Assembly: GCA_963795855.1 (NCBI GenBank)
Contig: CAWCIZ010000001.1
Span: forward strand, 288,001 to 352,000
Origin: Vulcanimicrobiota bacterium
GTDB taxonomy: Bacteria; Vulcanimicrobiota; Vulcanimicrobiia; Vulcanimicrobiales; Vulcanimicrobiaceae
Direction of reading: 5' to 3'
Length of the DNA: 64,000 nt
In this document: positions 40,193-50,981 of the stretch, one piece after another
Numbering within the stretch: the stretch's first letter is position 1
Layout of the letters: the number at the start of each line of letters is the position of its first letter
Notes under the pieces: generated by a model
Seen by the model: only the letters and a program-made list of their open reading frames with translations
Databases searched by the model: none
What the model was told of the DNA's origin: nothing
Translations under genes and position numbers: made by a program

Positions 40193-40512
40193 TCACTCCT
40201 TGGGGACGAACGTCTGGAAATCTATGCCGCCGATTTTACCACTTGGATCGAAGGCAATGTGCTCGATAACCCTGCCGTTTCGGAACGTTATGGCAAATAC
40301 GTAACCGGTCGCGTCAGTTCCGCGCTTGTCACCGCGTCGAGTTGCGAGCGATCGACGTTTCCGGTTTGAAAGCGGTAGAACCACTCTTTGGCGAGCGCGA
40401 TGATGAACGGCTGAACCGGCCCCGTCGTGGCAGCCGGCGCGCTATCTTGAGCAAAGGCTGGAACGGTGCAAGCCGCAACGGCAATCAAGACCGCGTAGCA
40501 TAACTTAAGCAT
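40193..40512 (-). pseudogene. Small secreted protein, frameshifted or internally deleted
   Basis: Signal peptide MLKLCYAVLIAVAAC...AQ and LAKEWFYRFQTGNVDRSQL; the C-terminus GYVFAITF...FDPSGKIGGIDF is in a second frame. Confidence 0.55.
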
Positions 40513-40577
40513 GAAATTAAGTACTAAACGGGTTGCGAGCGGCCTGAGATTTTGCGGCTGCATCTGCCTGAACCCGC

Positions 40578-41285
40578 CTAGTGCGCGAACCACGCGAAGT
40601 ACGGGTCACCTAAGAGTATAGCCGAGCTCGGCCGGATTTGCTTTGGTTTGTTTGGTGGTGCGAACGTCACGATGCGCGGGCCGGTTGGAAGAGCGTTTGT
40701 TACAACGTCAAGGATCCAGCTCGCAGCATCGGATCCACCCTCGCCGGCCGGGACCGATATGCGATCGATCGAGGCCGCGCGAACTTCAGATGTCGGGTGC
40801 GGCACGCTCGACCATAGCGCGTAATACCGAGCTCCGAGATACGCGTAGCGACCGCCGGTGCGCACCGGGACGAAGACGATCGGAACCGCCATACATCCCT
40901 TTTCAGCAAGCACGACGAACGCAACGACGTAAGGCAGGCGCGATCCGGCCTTCGGTACGATTGTAAGGTTTGTGGCGGCGCCGCATCCGTCGCCGGGACC
41001 ATCGACCGGCGCGTACGCGTGACCGGCGGCTAAAAACGGCGTAAGCGAAAGCACCTGCGGCGTCATGCCAGGCGCGGACACGCGCACGTATGCCGGCCCG
41101 AGCGCCGTGGCTTTGTATCGTTGGCCCGTCTCGTCGGGATGCTGCCAGCGCAGTTCGGCGGTCCAGTGCAGCGTCGCCCGCACGTCGTCGTACGTCTTGG
41201 TGGTAACGTGATGCGACGTCGAGATCAACGGTCCCAGCGTGAGCGAACAAGCCAAGAGCAGCGTCGACGAAATCGCCTGCGCCAT
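40578..41285 (-). CDS. Hypothetical secreted protein
   Basis: 235-aa ORF with signal-like N-terminus; TAAGAT -10-like element 6 nt before the ATG. Confidence 0.6.
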   Translation of the reverse strand: MAQAISSTLLLACSLTLGPLISTSHHVTTKTYDDVRATLHWTAELRWQHPDETGQRYKATALGPAYVRVSAPGMTPQVLSLTPFLAAGHAYAPVDGPGDGCGAATNLTIVPKAGSRLPYVVAFVVLAEKGCMAVPIVFVPVRTGGRYAYLGARYYALWSSVPHPTSEVRAASIDRISVPAGEGGSDAASWILDVVTNALPTGPRIVTFAPPNKPKQIRPSSAILLGDPYFAWFAH

Positions 41286-41313
41286 GCGCCTATCTTACCA
41301 TGCCGCTGATGCG

Positions 41314-42077
41314 TCAGGCGACGTCGGTCGTGCCGAGCTGCCGGATTCTTTTCAGCGTTTGGGCGGTTAGAGCGATGCTGTTTGCGATCTCTTCCGCTTG
41401 CGAGAGTTCTGCCAGCGCCGCTTCGTGCGCTTCACGGCATTTCGCGACGTGTATCTGCGCGTCGCGAGTCAAGACGCCCGCCAAGGCGGCGCGCTTTACG
41501 GCCTCCGTTGCGCGCGATTCAGTTTCAAGCAGTTTCGCCTTCGAGAGAGCCACGACGTCCTGCGCTTGGGCTAACCGCGCTTGCAGTTCTTTGACGGAGG
41601 CCTCCGCCGCGGTGAGTTCCTGTCGGACCGAAGCGACCTCGCCTTCCACCTTCGTTTGATAGGCTGCCGCTTTTTCGCTATTTCGAGCGTAGGCCGAAGC
41701 TTCGGCAGTCGCGGTTCGCTCGGCTTCGGCGGCTTGGGCCGCTGCTGCGCGTTTCTCGTCGAGCTTCAGGTTCTCACTCAACGAGCGTGCCTGTGCAGCC
41801 TCCTTCGCGAGCATTTCCTCGATGTGGCGCGCGTTTGCCAGCAGCTGTTCCAGCCTCTTGCGGTGTGCCTCCAGCTCTCCGCGCGCTGCGCCGGTAACGG
41901 GCGGTTCGGCGGAAATCGGCGCTGCCCCGGCGGTTTCGGCAAAATGAATCTGCTCGATCTCGCAAGGCTGATCGTTTTCCCGCTCGCTGATGTGAACTCC
42001 GTGAGCACCTCGTCGAGGTCCGGAGCCGAATCGTTTCCTAGACGTGACGAGCGGGAGCCGAACGCGCGGCTCACCAT
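41314..42077 (-). CDS. Ala/Glu-rich coiled-coil protein (frameshifted)
   Basis: Heptad-rich C-terminal ORF 41314-41814; the N-terminal part is in another frame. Confidence 0.55.
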
Positions 42078-42282
42078 GCCCCGTAAGGAGGTATCTTCAA
42101 TATTTCGCTTAGGGTGCAAGGCCGTAATTGCACCTCCGTTGCCGTGGTTCGAAAGACTCCCCCTCCAAGGATAATCGGCAGAACCGGCGGCCATTGTAGG
42201 CACAGGCCTCTTCCCACGGCCGAGCCCGTGACTTTCCCCACGCAGCGCCGCAGAAGCGCCTTGCCGCGGGGCCTAAAGGCCG

Positions 42283-42663
42283 CTATGAGGTGCTATAGGT
42301 GACGCCGCTGGCATGAATATGTACGTTGACGGCAGCGCAGATCGGGATCTTTCCGCCGCTGATCACGGCACCGTTCGAGAACACCGCTTTTACATCGTAC
42401 AGTTTGTAATCACGCGTATCGCTCGACATGTCGACGACCGTATTTTCGCCCGAGTACAGAACATGGTCGCCGAGGACGTCGTCTTCCCAGCTCCCGGCTG
42501 CGGTGGGCGCAACGTACAACTGTTCGATAGCGGTATCGGTGTCGTTAAAGACCCGGAACGATTTCGTGCATGCGCCGGCCGGTGCGACTGACACCGCGAT
42601 AGCGGTCCCGAGAAATGCTAAAGCCAGCATGAACGCGGCAATACGCCGCAATAGAAAAGCCAT
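42283..42663 (-). CDS. Small secreted protein
   Basis: AAAGGA RBS, signal peptide, F.V.N.T...I.QLYVAP.....W..DVLG...YDVKAVF..G pattern. Confidence 0.75.
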   Translation of the reverse strand: MAFLLRRIAAFMLALAFLGTAIAVSVAPAGACTKSFRVFNDTDTAIEQLYVAPTAAGSWEDDVLGDHVLYSGENTVVDMSSDTRDYKLYDVKAVFSNGAVISGGKIPICAAVNVHIHASGVTYSTS

Positions 42664-43196
42664 GATAACACGGTCCTTTCGAATGATTGCCTGCCCGCCG
42701 CATCACTATAGCCGGATGTCTGCTGAATTACCATAGGGCGGAAAGCCCACGGAGTAGTAAGCACGCCAGGATGCGCCGCAACACCGAGGCCCTACGGCCG
42801 AACGGCATCCTAAGGTAAACCGAAAGCGTCGCTCCTATATCACCTTTCGGCGGGCCATCGCGTTGCGTATGCAGCGCACCGGCAAATGCCCGCTGCCTTT
42901 TTGTGCAGGAACGCCGACTGAAATTCGCTCTTGCAAATGGCGCGCAAGGATTCGGCGCCGGCGACGCTTGGTGCGCGTGCGACTTCACCGCCGCAAAGCA
43001 CGCCACGGGCCGTTCGTTACAGGTCGCGGAGGCGAAGCATGGCCAGTTCGGATACGGCTGGCTATACGTTTTCGGCCTCGCCGTAGCAGTCGCGGTTACC
43101 AGCGCTAGCAGATGCAGCATTCAACACCTCCCGGCCATGCAGTGCTCGAAACAAGAATAGGGTACGCAAGGCGTTCGTGACAAATGACGCCGGTCG

Positions 43197-43586
43197 TCAC
43201 GTTCGATTATGCCGGCGCAGGAAGTCGCCGAGGCGCGTCCGTTCGCCCGGCGGATACGTCAGCTGGAGTCCGCAGATCAAGCCGTCGTCGGAAAGCTTCA
43301 CCGACATGGTATGGTCCAGCACGAATTCTTCACCGTCGAGTTGCAGAACGTCGATGAAGCGAATGTCCAGCGGCGCGTTCGGGTCGATTTCGTGGCGAAA
43401 CTCGACTGAGTCGAAAACGTTGCGTCCCTTCTCCGATGCGGCGCGAAACGATTCGACGATTTGGTCCGAGCCGATGATGATTTTCTCGCTTGTGTCGTAC
43501 TGCGCACGCTCCGCTAGGCACGCCGCGGCCGCGACGTAGTCGTCGTCGTCGAGCGCTTGGGCGAAGCGGTGCACGATGCGGCACAT
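43197..43586 (-). CDS. SnoaL/NTF2-like protein
   Basis: VHRFAQALDDDDY....ACLAE.A.Y......G...IV.SF pattern. Confidence 0.6.
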   Translation of the reverse strand: MCRIVHRFAQALDDDDYVAAAACLAERAQYDTSEKIIIGSDQIVESFRAASEKGRNVFDSVEFRHEIDPNAPLDIRFIDVLQLDGEEFVLDHTMSVKLSDDGLICGLQLTYPPGERTRLGDFLRRHNRT

Positions 43587-43703
43587 ACCATGGCTTGGTC
43601 GCCCGCTTGCTTGCCGAATCCTTGTGGGATTCGCCCTGATAAGCGCTATAATAGTAACCTAAGTTACTATTTACTGCGCATATCGCACGCAGGGAGGTTT
43701 TCC

Positions 43704-44075
43704 ATGCAGAGCCTTGATCAACGCGCTCAACACCTCAGTTTCGCCACACCCGAAGAAGTACGCGAGTTTCCGAACGGAAAGGCGGAGATCATCATCATCG
43801 GCGGTTCGGAAATCGGCCGATATACGTTTCGCCCGGGCTGGCGCTGGTCGGTCGACGTAAAGCCAATCGCCAAAACCGACAGTTGCCAAGTCCCGCACAT
43901 GCAATACCATCTGGCCGGACGGGTTGCGATTCAAATGGACGACGGTACGCAGTTCGTCGCAAACCCCGGCGACGTGACGTCACTCCCGAGCGGACACGAC
44001 GCGTGGGTCATCGGTGACGAGCCGGCCGTGACTATCGACTGGTTCGGCGCCAGCACGTACGCAAAAAAGCAGTAG
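43704..44075 (+). CDS. Cupin domain protein
   Basis: GGGAGG RBS; PGWRWS..VKPIA.T.SCQ.PH and PGD...LP.GHDAWV. Confidence 0.88.
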   Translation: MQSLDQRAQHLSFATPEEVREFPNGKAEIIIIGGSEIGRYTFRPGWRWSVDVKPIAKTDSCQVPHMQYHLAGRVAIQMDDGTQFVANPGDVTSLPSGHDAWVIGDEPAVTIDWFGASTYAKKQ

Positions 44076-44087
44076 GGTAACGCGAAC

Positions 44088-44729
44088 GTGAAACCTCGCA
44101 TCTTCGGCACGGCGTTGCCGGTGCTGTTGCTTATCAGCGCTCCGGCCGCCGCGCAAGTCGCCTCGCCCAACGCGTTCGTCTACAACATGAAGTTGAGTTC
44201 GGGACAACGCGGCATGGACATTTCGCTGGCCTTTACGGTTACTGCGACGGATAGCGACGGCAACCGAAAGGCCGTCGCCGTCGTGAGAGCGCCGAAAATG
44301 GTGCCGCTGGACGGCAAGAAATTCGATGTGACCGTCGATCGCGCAGGCGTCATTACCGTCGGAAGTACGGGAACATTCACGACCGGCGGTGCGGCCGAAG
44401 CGAAGGCGAACAGCGCCGCCGCGATCGGGCCGCTGCTGCAAATGATGATTAATCCGCTCAACGTGTTCGCCGCGGGCTGTGCCGCGGCGCCGTCGCAAAA
44501 AGTCGGCACGACGTGGCATGCGTATTCGAGCGCAGTGATGACGGACGTCGTGTTCACGATCACGGGGCGCGAACAGCAAGGCGGTCACAACACGATCGCC
44601 GTCACAATGTCGTCGCCGGGATCCGGGGCAAGTGTGACGGGGAAAGGTAATTACGACCCGGCCGCGCGTGTCGTCGTGAACGTACATTCGGAAGTGCGCC
44701 AAGCCGCAGGCGCGCGCGAACTGAAGTGA
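44088..44729 (+). CDS. Hypothetical secreted protein
   Basis: Signal peptide followed by a beta-rich domain. Confidence 0.65.
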   Translation: MKPRIFGTALPVLLLISAPAAAQVASPNAFVYNMKLSSGQRGMDISLAFTVTATDSDGNRKAVAVVRAPKMVPLDGKKFDVTVDRAGVITVGSTGTFTTGGAAEAKANSAAAIGPLLQMMINPLNVFAAGCAAAPSQKVGTTWHAYSSAVMTDVVFTITGREQQGGHNTIAVTMSSPGSGASVTGKGNYDPAARVVVNVHSEVRQAAGARELK

Positions 44730-44793
44730 TGGACGCCGCACTCGCAAGTCCGTAACGCCGTCACGATCGGAGTTGCTGCGCTGTTATTCGCAT

Positions 44794-45048
44794 ATGAACG
44801 CAGCATCGAACGGTCGTGTTCTTCGCATCGCGTTTGCCGCTTCACTCGCGGTGCATTTGATCGTCGCGGCGGTGTTGTATTCGCGCCCGGTTACGGCGGC
44901 TCCCGAACAAATTCCGGAGCACATGCACGTGTACAAGTTGCAACTTCCGCCGCCGACGCCTACTCCGCCGCCGCCGAAGCCCGCGCTGCCGCATCCACAG
45001 CGCAAGAGCACCGCCGTGCTGCCGGCGATACATCGCGTGCGATTGTCA
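44794..45048 (+). pseudogene. TonB-like N-terminal fragment
   Basis: TM anchor SLAVHL (SxxxH) and Pro-rich linker. No C-terminal TonB domain; the frame runs into the antisense of csaA. Confidence 0.5.
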
Positions 45049-45387
45049 GTACAGGCGCGCGCCGTTCGTGACGTTTTGATCCGGGCGAACGAGAACGACG
45101 GCGCCGTTCGCATCGGGAACGCCCAACACGAGGACGTCGCTGGAAAAGCCCGCAATTCTGCGCGGCGGAAAGTTGACGATCGCCAGCACTTGCTTGTCCA
45201 CTAAATCCGCGAGCGCATAGTGCGCCGTAATTTGCGCGCTCGACCGTTTCACGCCGATCTCGCTTCCGAAGTCGATCGTCAGTTTGTATGCGGGTTTGCG
45301 CGCTTGCGGAAATGGCTCCGCTGCAACGATAGTGCCGGTGCGCACGTCGAGGGCGGCGAAGGCGTCCAAAGACGAGATTTGACTCAC
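45046..45387 (-). CDS. csaA: tRNA-binding/chaperone CsaA family protein
   Basis: F..LDVR.GTI, ARKPAYKL.IDFG..IG.K.SSAQIT.HY, VNFPPR.IAGF.S.VL.LG. Confidence 0.92.
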   Translation of the reverse strand: MSQISSLDAFAALDVRTGTIVAAEPFPQARKPAYKLTIDFGSEIGVKRSSAQITAHYALADLVDKQVLAIVNFPPRRIAGFSSDVLVLGVPDANGAVVLVRPDQNVTNGARLY

Positions 45388-45451
45388 GATGCCGCCTGTT
45401 GGCGCGGCAAGGGGACGACGCCTGCGCAGAGAATCCAAGGCGGTCGCCCGT

Positions 45452-45527
45452 GCCAAGGTAGACCAGTTGGTAGAGCACGTGACTGAAAATTACGGTGTCG
45501 CCGGTTCGATTCCGGCCCTTGGCACCA
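45452..45527 (+). tRNA. tRNA-Phe(GAA), D-stem mismatched
   Basis: GCCAAGG/CCTTGGC acceptor stem, CGTGA-CTGAAAA-TTACG anticodon arm, GGTTCGATTCC T loop and CCA end. Confidence 0.9.
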
Positions 45528-45528
45528 T

Positions 45529-46113
45529 CTAAGAAGCAGAGCCCCGCGTTATGCGGGGCTCTGCGATTTCTCCGGTGACGGCGTTTCGCCGGTTGTCGTT
45601 TCTTGCGAAAACGTTCGCTGCGAAAGCATCGAAATTGCGCCGGCGACCGCGCCGCCGACCGCAAGCCACGCATGCAGCGGACGCAGTCTTCTGCCCGAGG
45701 CCGGTTAGACCGTCGAACGAGAACGATCCGTAGCCCTCGTTCGCGAGCACGAGCGCGAGCGCGAGATACATTACGTTCATCTCGTAGCCGCCGCCCGAAT
45801 TCCAGTAGCCCTTCGCTCGATGCACCGTTTCTATGGCGACGAGCATGACCGAAACCAAAAGCGCGGGCCCTATCGGACCGAAGGCGCCGATTGAGATGAG
45901 CGTGCCCGCCGTAAGTTCCGTTGCCGACGCTGCGGTCGCGAAGCGCTCGCCGGGCCGAAATCCGAGCGAATGCATCATCTGCGCGGCTTTGTCGGGGCCG
46001 GGTCCGTCGAACGCGCCGAAAAGTTTCTGCGCGCCGTGCGCTGCCAGCGTTCCGCCGAGTGCGAGGCGGGCTGCCAGCAGCGCGGTATTGCGAAGCGTCT
46101 TGTCGATGTCCAC
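45529..46113 (-). CDS. DoxX family membrane protein (C-terminal frameshift likely)
   Basis: RLALG....HGAQKLFG.F.GPG, ELTAG, H...G.W...GGYE. Confidence 0.9.
   Translation of the reverse strand: MDIDKTLRNTALLAARLALGGTLAAHGAQKLFGAFDGPGPDKAAQMMHSLGFRPGERFATAASATELTAGTLISIGAFGPIGPALLVSVMLVAIETVHRAKGYWNSGGGYEMNVMYLALALVLANEGYGSFSFDGLTGLGQKTASAACVACGRRRGRRRNFDAFAANVFARNDNRRNAVTGEIAEPRITRGSAS
45536..45564. terminator. Hairpin between tRNA-Phe and the convergent DoxX gene
   Basis: GCAGAGCCCCGC-GTTAT-GCGGGGCTCTGC. Confidence 0.75.
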
Positions 46114-46115
46114 GT

Positions 46116-46676
46116 TTAACGGATGGCTTGACGGCGCGCCGTGCGCAGTGTGACGCGCACCGCGGATCCTGCGGGCACGCTCATGTTGGTGCGGTTGTTG
46201 CGTGCGATGAGATAACCGCCGGCAGCGCCCAAGAAACCGCCCATGCCGCTCGCCGCGTGAAAGATTGTTTTGCCGAGAATGTTGCCGACGATCATACCGG
46301 CAAGCGCGCCGCCGACCTCTTTGAGCGCATTGTTCTTGGTTTTCGCCTGCATGCCGGTCACGACGCCGTCTACCGCGTAGGTTGCTCCGCTCGGAAGTAC
46401 GAGTTTCGTGAAGGTCATTTGCAACTGCGCCGGACGCCCTTGCCCCGCACGAACGACGCGGGTCACGGAGCCGTACATGTGCGCTCCTTTAACCGAACCG
46501 TCTTCCGAGGTGACGTTTGAGAGTGTGACGGGTTGGCCGGCGTACGCGCTGCCCGTGTCGACGTTGGAAGTAATGACGCCGGCATATTGTGCGCCCGCAT
46601 ATGGGGCTGCGCCAGCGACCTGCGCCGCAAAGAGAATGGTTAGAACCGCCGCCGCGGACGCAAAAACATGACGCAT
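46116..46676 (-). CDS. Secreted protein with glycine-zipper-like C-terminus
   Basis: AGGAGG RBS, signal peptide MRHVFASAAAVL, GGALAGMIVGNILG...GGFLGAAGG. Confidence 0.75.
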   Translation of the reverse strand: MRHVFASAAAVLTILFAAQVAGAAPYAGAQYAGVITSNVDTGSAYAGQPVTLSNVTSEDGSVKGAHMYGSVTRVVRAGQGRPAQLQMTFTKLVLPSGATYAVDGVVTGMQAKTKNNALKEVGGALAGMIVGNILGKTIFHAASGMGGFLGAAGGYLIARNNRTNMSVPAGSAVRVTLRTARRQAIR

Positions 46677-46720
46677 ATCGTTGAAGACCTCCTGAACTGG
46701 TGGTAATCGGCTAAAGCGAG

Positions 46721-48130
46721 TTACCCGCCTTTGGCGATTTCCCAGCTTCGCAGAATATGGGCTGCAGCCGCGCGGCCGGTCGCAACGCAATCCGGAATAC
46801 CGACGCCGCGGTAAGCGCAGCCGGCAAGCGCAAGGCCGGGCAGCGCATTCACATGCTGATCGATCGCTTCGACGAGTGGTACGTGCCCGACCGCGTACTC
46901 CGGAAGTAGCCGGTTCCACCGTCGCGTAACCGCGAATTCCGGTTCGGCCGTTATGCCGAGCAGCGCGTGAAATTCGTCGCGCGCGATGTTCGCAAGTTCC
47001 GCGTCGGGCAATTCGACCAGTTGCGGCTGGAGAGCGCCGCCGATAAATGCCCGCAGCAGCATCGCGCCGCTGGGCGAGCGTTCGGGGTACTTTTGCGTCG
47101 CGATCGTTGCCGCGGTAATCCGCCGGTTTTCGATATACGGGACGACGAAGCCAGGAGTGGACGGCAGCGGCGGAAGCTCGCGCGCGTCGTACGCAACGTT
47201 GACCGTGGCGATCGAGTTGTAGCGGATGCTTTCCAGCAGCTCCTGCAAGTTGTGGATCGCAATCACGGATGGCGCGCGCTCCCGCATACGCGGGCAGCGC
47301 GCACACCACGGCGTCGGCTTGCGCACGCGAGCCGTCCGCGAATGCGATTCGCCATTCGTTCTCGGCGCGAGCGATCGCGACGACGTCACTCGCCGCGCGC
47401 ACGTGCGGTCCGATGATGTCGAGCATGGCGTCGACGATGCTTTGCAGACCCCCGCGCAAACTCATCAGTTGCGGATTTGCACCGTGTGAAGTACCGGCGC
47501 CGCCGTGCGCGCGCATCGCTCGAGTCAGACTTCCATACGTGCGCTCCATCTCGACGAATTGCGGAAGCGTGGCTTGCATGCTCAGGCGCTCGGGATCGCC
47601 GGAATAGATGCCGCCGATGAGCGGTTGCGCGAGCCGTTCGAGCACTTCAAGTCCGAAGCGGCGCGTCACGAACGAAGCCAAACTCTCGTCTCTCACTCGA
47701 CAATCGTGCGGGAACGAACGGCTCCAATGCCGCTCGTGCCATACCCGGTACGCTGAAGATGCCGCTGGTCAGCAGCGCGGGCAGCGACTTCGGCGAGAAC
47801 AGCCGAAACTCGCTCGGAATCCGGTGCAACTTGCCGCGATGCACGATACGCGAGCCGCGATACTCCGCGCGCATCGCGAACGAGTTCGCGTTCGAGGTTT
47901 AAGCGGCGTAGCAGATCGCGCGCGGCGGGCTTCTCCGCGAGCAGCGAATCGGGCCCGAGCTCCATCGTATAGCCGCCGTCGTGCAGCGTCTGAATGCAGC
48001 CGCCGGCACGAATGCTGCGTTCGTACACTGCGAGGTCGAGGTCTACTCCGCGTTCGCGTTTTGCGTCGAGAAGATCGAGCGCGGCGGACAAGCCGCTCAC
48101 GCCGGCGCCTAGGATCGCTACGCGGCGCAT
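46721..48130 (-). CDS. hemY: Protoporphyrinogen/coproporphyrinogen oxidase (HemY type), multiple frameshifts
   Basis: ILGAGVSGL, ELGPDSLL, GGIYSGDP..LS, PEY.VGH, GVGIPDC. Confidence 0.92.
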
Positions 48131-49023
48131 TGCTCGACGAGATCCGCCAGCATTCGAATGAACAGCGGATGATCGTTGAGCGCGGCGGCGCGCTCCATGC
48201 GCACGCCCGCTTCGCGCAGCTGCATTCGCGGCGTCGACGTCGAGATCGTAGAGTATCTCCACATGGTCGCACAAGAAGCCGATGGGCGCGACGATCGCTT
48301 CCCGTATGCCGTGCGAGGGCAAGTCGCGCAGGACGTCTCGCACGTCCGGCTCGAGCCACGTGTCCGCGGGCGAACCGCTGCGGCTCTGATAGGCGATCTG
48401 CCAACACGCGGCGCGCGACGCATTCTGCGACGAGGCGCGCCGAACGCTGAGATTGCGCGACGTAAGGGCTCGCATCCGCCATCGCCTGCGGAATACTGTG
48501 CGCGGTAAAGATCAACGCAACGCCGTCGAACGCATCTTTGCCGAGCCGCTTCAGCGCTTCGAGCACGCGCTCCGCATGCGCCTGGACGAAAAGCGGCCGG
48601 TCGTAATACGGCGGAACGTACGATCGCGTCGGGAATCAAGCCGGCGATATTTGTCCCAACTCGCCGGACTTTGATGCGCAGCCAGAATGACGACGACCGG
48701 CCGAGTGCGGCTTTGCCGCAGCTCGCTCGGCGACGTCGGTCACGAACGGTGCGGCATTGACGTACGCCGGACGAACCGTTGCATCGATGCCGCGGGCCCG
48801 GCAGTTCGCGCGCAAGCGCATCCGCCTGACGCTGCGTGAGTTCGTTGAACGGCGATTTGCCGCCGATGAGCTCGTAATGCTGGACGACTGACTTCGTAGC
48901 GCGCTTGCGGCACGGCCGGCCGTGCAGCACGCGATCCAGAAACGGACGGATCTCGTCCGGCGCTTTCGGGACCGCCGAAGCCCAGCAGCACGACTGCGTC
49001 GCACGCGTCATCGCGCGCTGCAT
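48118..49023 (-). CDS. hemH: Ferrochelatase, multiple frameshifts
   Basis: LLGFGGPE, YELIGGKSP, IFTAHSIP, YQSRSG.P...WLEPD, GFLCDHVEILYDLD. Confidence 0.9.
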   Translation of the reverse strand: MQRAMTRATQSCCWASAVPKAPDEIRPFLDRVLHGRPCRKRATKSVVQHYELIGGKSPFNELTQRQADALARELPGPRHRCNGSSGVRQCRTVRDRRRRASCGKAALGRSSSFWLRIKVRRVGTNIAGLIPDAIVRSAVLRPAAFRPGACGARARSAEAARQRCVRRRCVDLYRAQYSAGDGGCEPLRRAISAFGAPRRRMRRAPRVGRSPIRAAAVRPRTRGSSRTCETSCATCPRTAYGKRSSRPSASCATMWRYSTISTSTPRMQLREAGVRMERAAALNDHPLFIRMLADLVEQCAA

Positions 49024-50055
49024 TCGTGCACCGCATCGATCAGCGCAAGCACGTTGTCGACCGGCGTTTCCGGCAATATGCCATGTCCCAAATTGAAGAT
49101 GTGTCCCGGCTTGCCGCCGGCGCGCCGCAGAATATCGCGCACGCCGCTGCGCGCATCCTCGCCGGCGTTGCAAAGAGCAAGACGGGATCGAGATTTCCCT
49201 GAACGCCGACGCCGTCGCCCAACCGTGCCCACGCCTTCGTCCAGTTCGACGCGCCAGTCCAGGCCGATGACGTCGCCGCCCGCATCGCGCATATCGGTCA
49301 GCAAGCGCCGGTCATCGTTCCGAAATGAATCACGGGCATGCCCGGCGCAATCGCGTCGATCACTTTGCTGAATGCGGAAGAACGTAATCGCGGTAGTCGT
49401 GCGGCGAAAGCGCGCCGACCCAACTATCGAAGAGTTGCACGGCGTGCGCGCCCGCATCGATCTGCATGTTAAGGTAGGCCGCGGTAAGTTGCGCGACCAC
49501 GATCCATGAAGCGATGCCACGTCTGCCGGATCGCGGTACATCAGCGATTTCGTGGCGACGTAGTTGCGCGAGCCTCCGCCTTCGATCGCGTACGATGCGA
49601 CGGTGAACGGCGCGCCCGCGAACCCGATGACCGGCGCCTCGTTGTCGAATTCCTTGCATACGAGCCGCACCGTCTGCGCGACGAATCCGAGCGATTCTTG
49701 CACGCTGACCGGATGCAGCGCGTCGACGTCGCCCATCGGTGCGCACGGTGCGCTCGATGCGCGGGCCGTCGCCCTTTTCGTACGTCAGTCCGGCGCCCAT
49801 CGGCACCAGCGGCAGCAGGATGTCGGCGAAGATGATCGCGGCATCGACGCCCAGCCGCCGAACCGTATCGACCGTCACCTGTGCCGCCGCGTCCGAGTCC
49901 CGGCAAAGTTCGAGAAACGAGAAGCGATCGCGAATGCGCCGGTATTCGGGCAGATATCGTCCCGCTTGCCGCATCAGCCAGACCGGCGTATATGGGGCCG
50001 GCTCGCGCCGGCACGCCCGCAGAAACGGGTGATCGGCTAGGGCGTGCGCGGGCAT
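49008..50055 (-). CDS. hemE: Uroporphyrinogen decarboxylase, multiple frameshifts
   Basis: PVWLMRQAGRYLPEYR, DAAIIFADIL, IGFAGAPFT.ASY.IEG, QGNLDP, HIFNLGHG. Confidence 0.95.
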
Positions 50056-50156
50056 CGTAGCGCTGCGTTCATCGAGTGCATCCGGCGTCCTTTTTGACTA
50101 ACCTGCGGCCGCCCAGTCTACCGATAAGCAGTTCTGGACACTATTTGGGGGCGTGC

Positions 50157-50981
50157 ATGAAATCGCGTTTTCGCCCGCGTGCTCGTGCTTCGTTCTCGCC
50201 ATGGCGCCGATCGCGGCGCCGCGCATCGCACGCCAGCTGCGCGTCGGCTCGGACATCTCGTACGCGCCGCTCGAATTCTACGCGGGCCATTCCAAGCAGG
50301 TTCAAGGCTTCGACTACGATCTGGCTCAGGCGCTCGTCCGCGCAGATCGGTGACGGCCTTCGATTTCAAAACCACGACTTCAACGACTTGATCAAGATCT
50401 CAACGGCGGCAAGTACGATCTCGTCATCTCCGCGATGTCGGACACGCGCGAGCGCTCGAAGACGGTGGATTTCGTCGACTATTTCTTGGCCGGCAGCGGC
50501 ATGCTGGTGCAGGCCGGCAATCCGCATCACATCTTCAATCTCGCGAGCCTGTGCGGCATGACCGTCGACTTGGAACGCGGCACGTCGCAGGAGACCGCGC
50601 GTCGCAGGCGCAGTCGCAAGAAGTGCGTCGCGCTGGGACTGCACCCGATCACGATGCAGGCGTATGCGACCGACGACGAAGCGCTCCGGCATTTCTTGGC
50701 CGGCGAATCGATGGCGCACATCTCCGACTATCCCGTCGTCGCGCATCTTGCGCGCACGCTCGGCGGCGGCAACAGCGTACATGGTTGGCGGACAGCAGTT
50801 CGGCGTGATTCCGTACGGCATCGCGGTTTCGAAGAAGAATCCGCAGCTGCGCGATCGCGTTCAGACGGCGCTCAAAGCCGTCATCGCAAACGGCACCTAC
50901 GATCGCCTGTTGCGCAAATGGGGCCTGCAGCAAGGCGCGATGCGCTCCGCGCCGGTGAACGCCGGAACGAAATTCGAATAG
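50157..50981 (+). CDS. Polar amino-acid ABC transporter substrate-binding protein, frameshifted
   Basis: VGSD.SYAPLEF, GFDYDLA, DTRER.K.VDFVDY, PYGIAVSK...GTYD.LL.KWG. Confidence 0.85.

Noticed and set aside
46116..47696. 526-aa HemY + secreted protein fusion ORF
   Set aside because: Frameshift read-through. The secreted gene has its own AGGAGG RBS and ATG at 46676.
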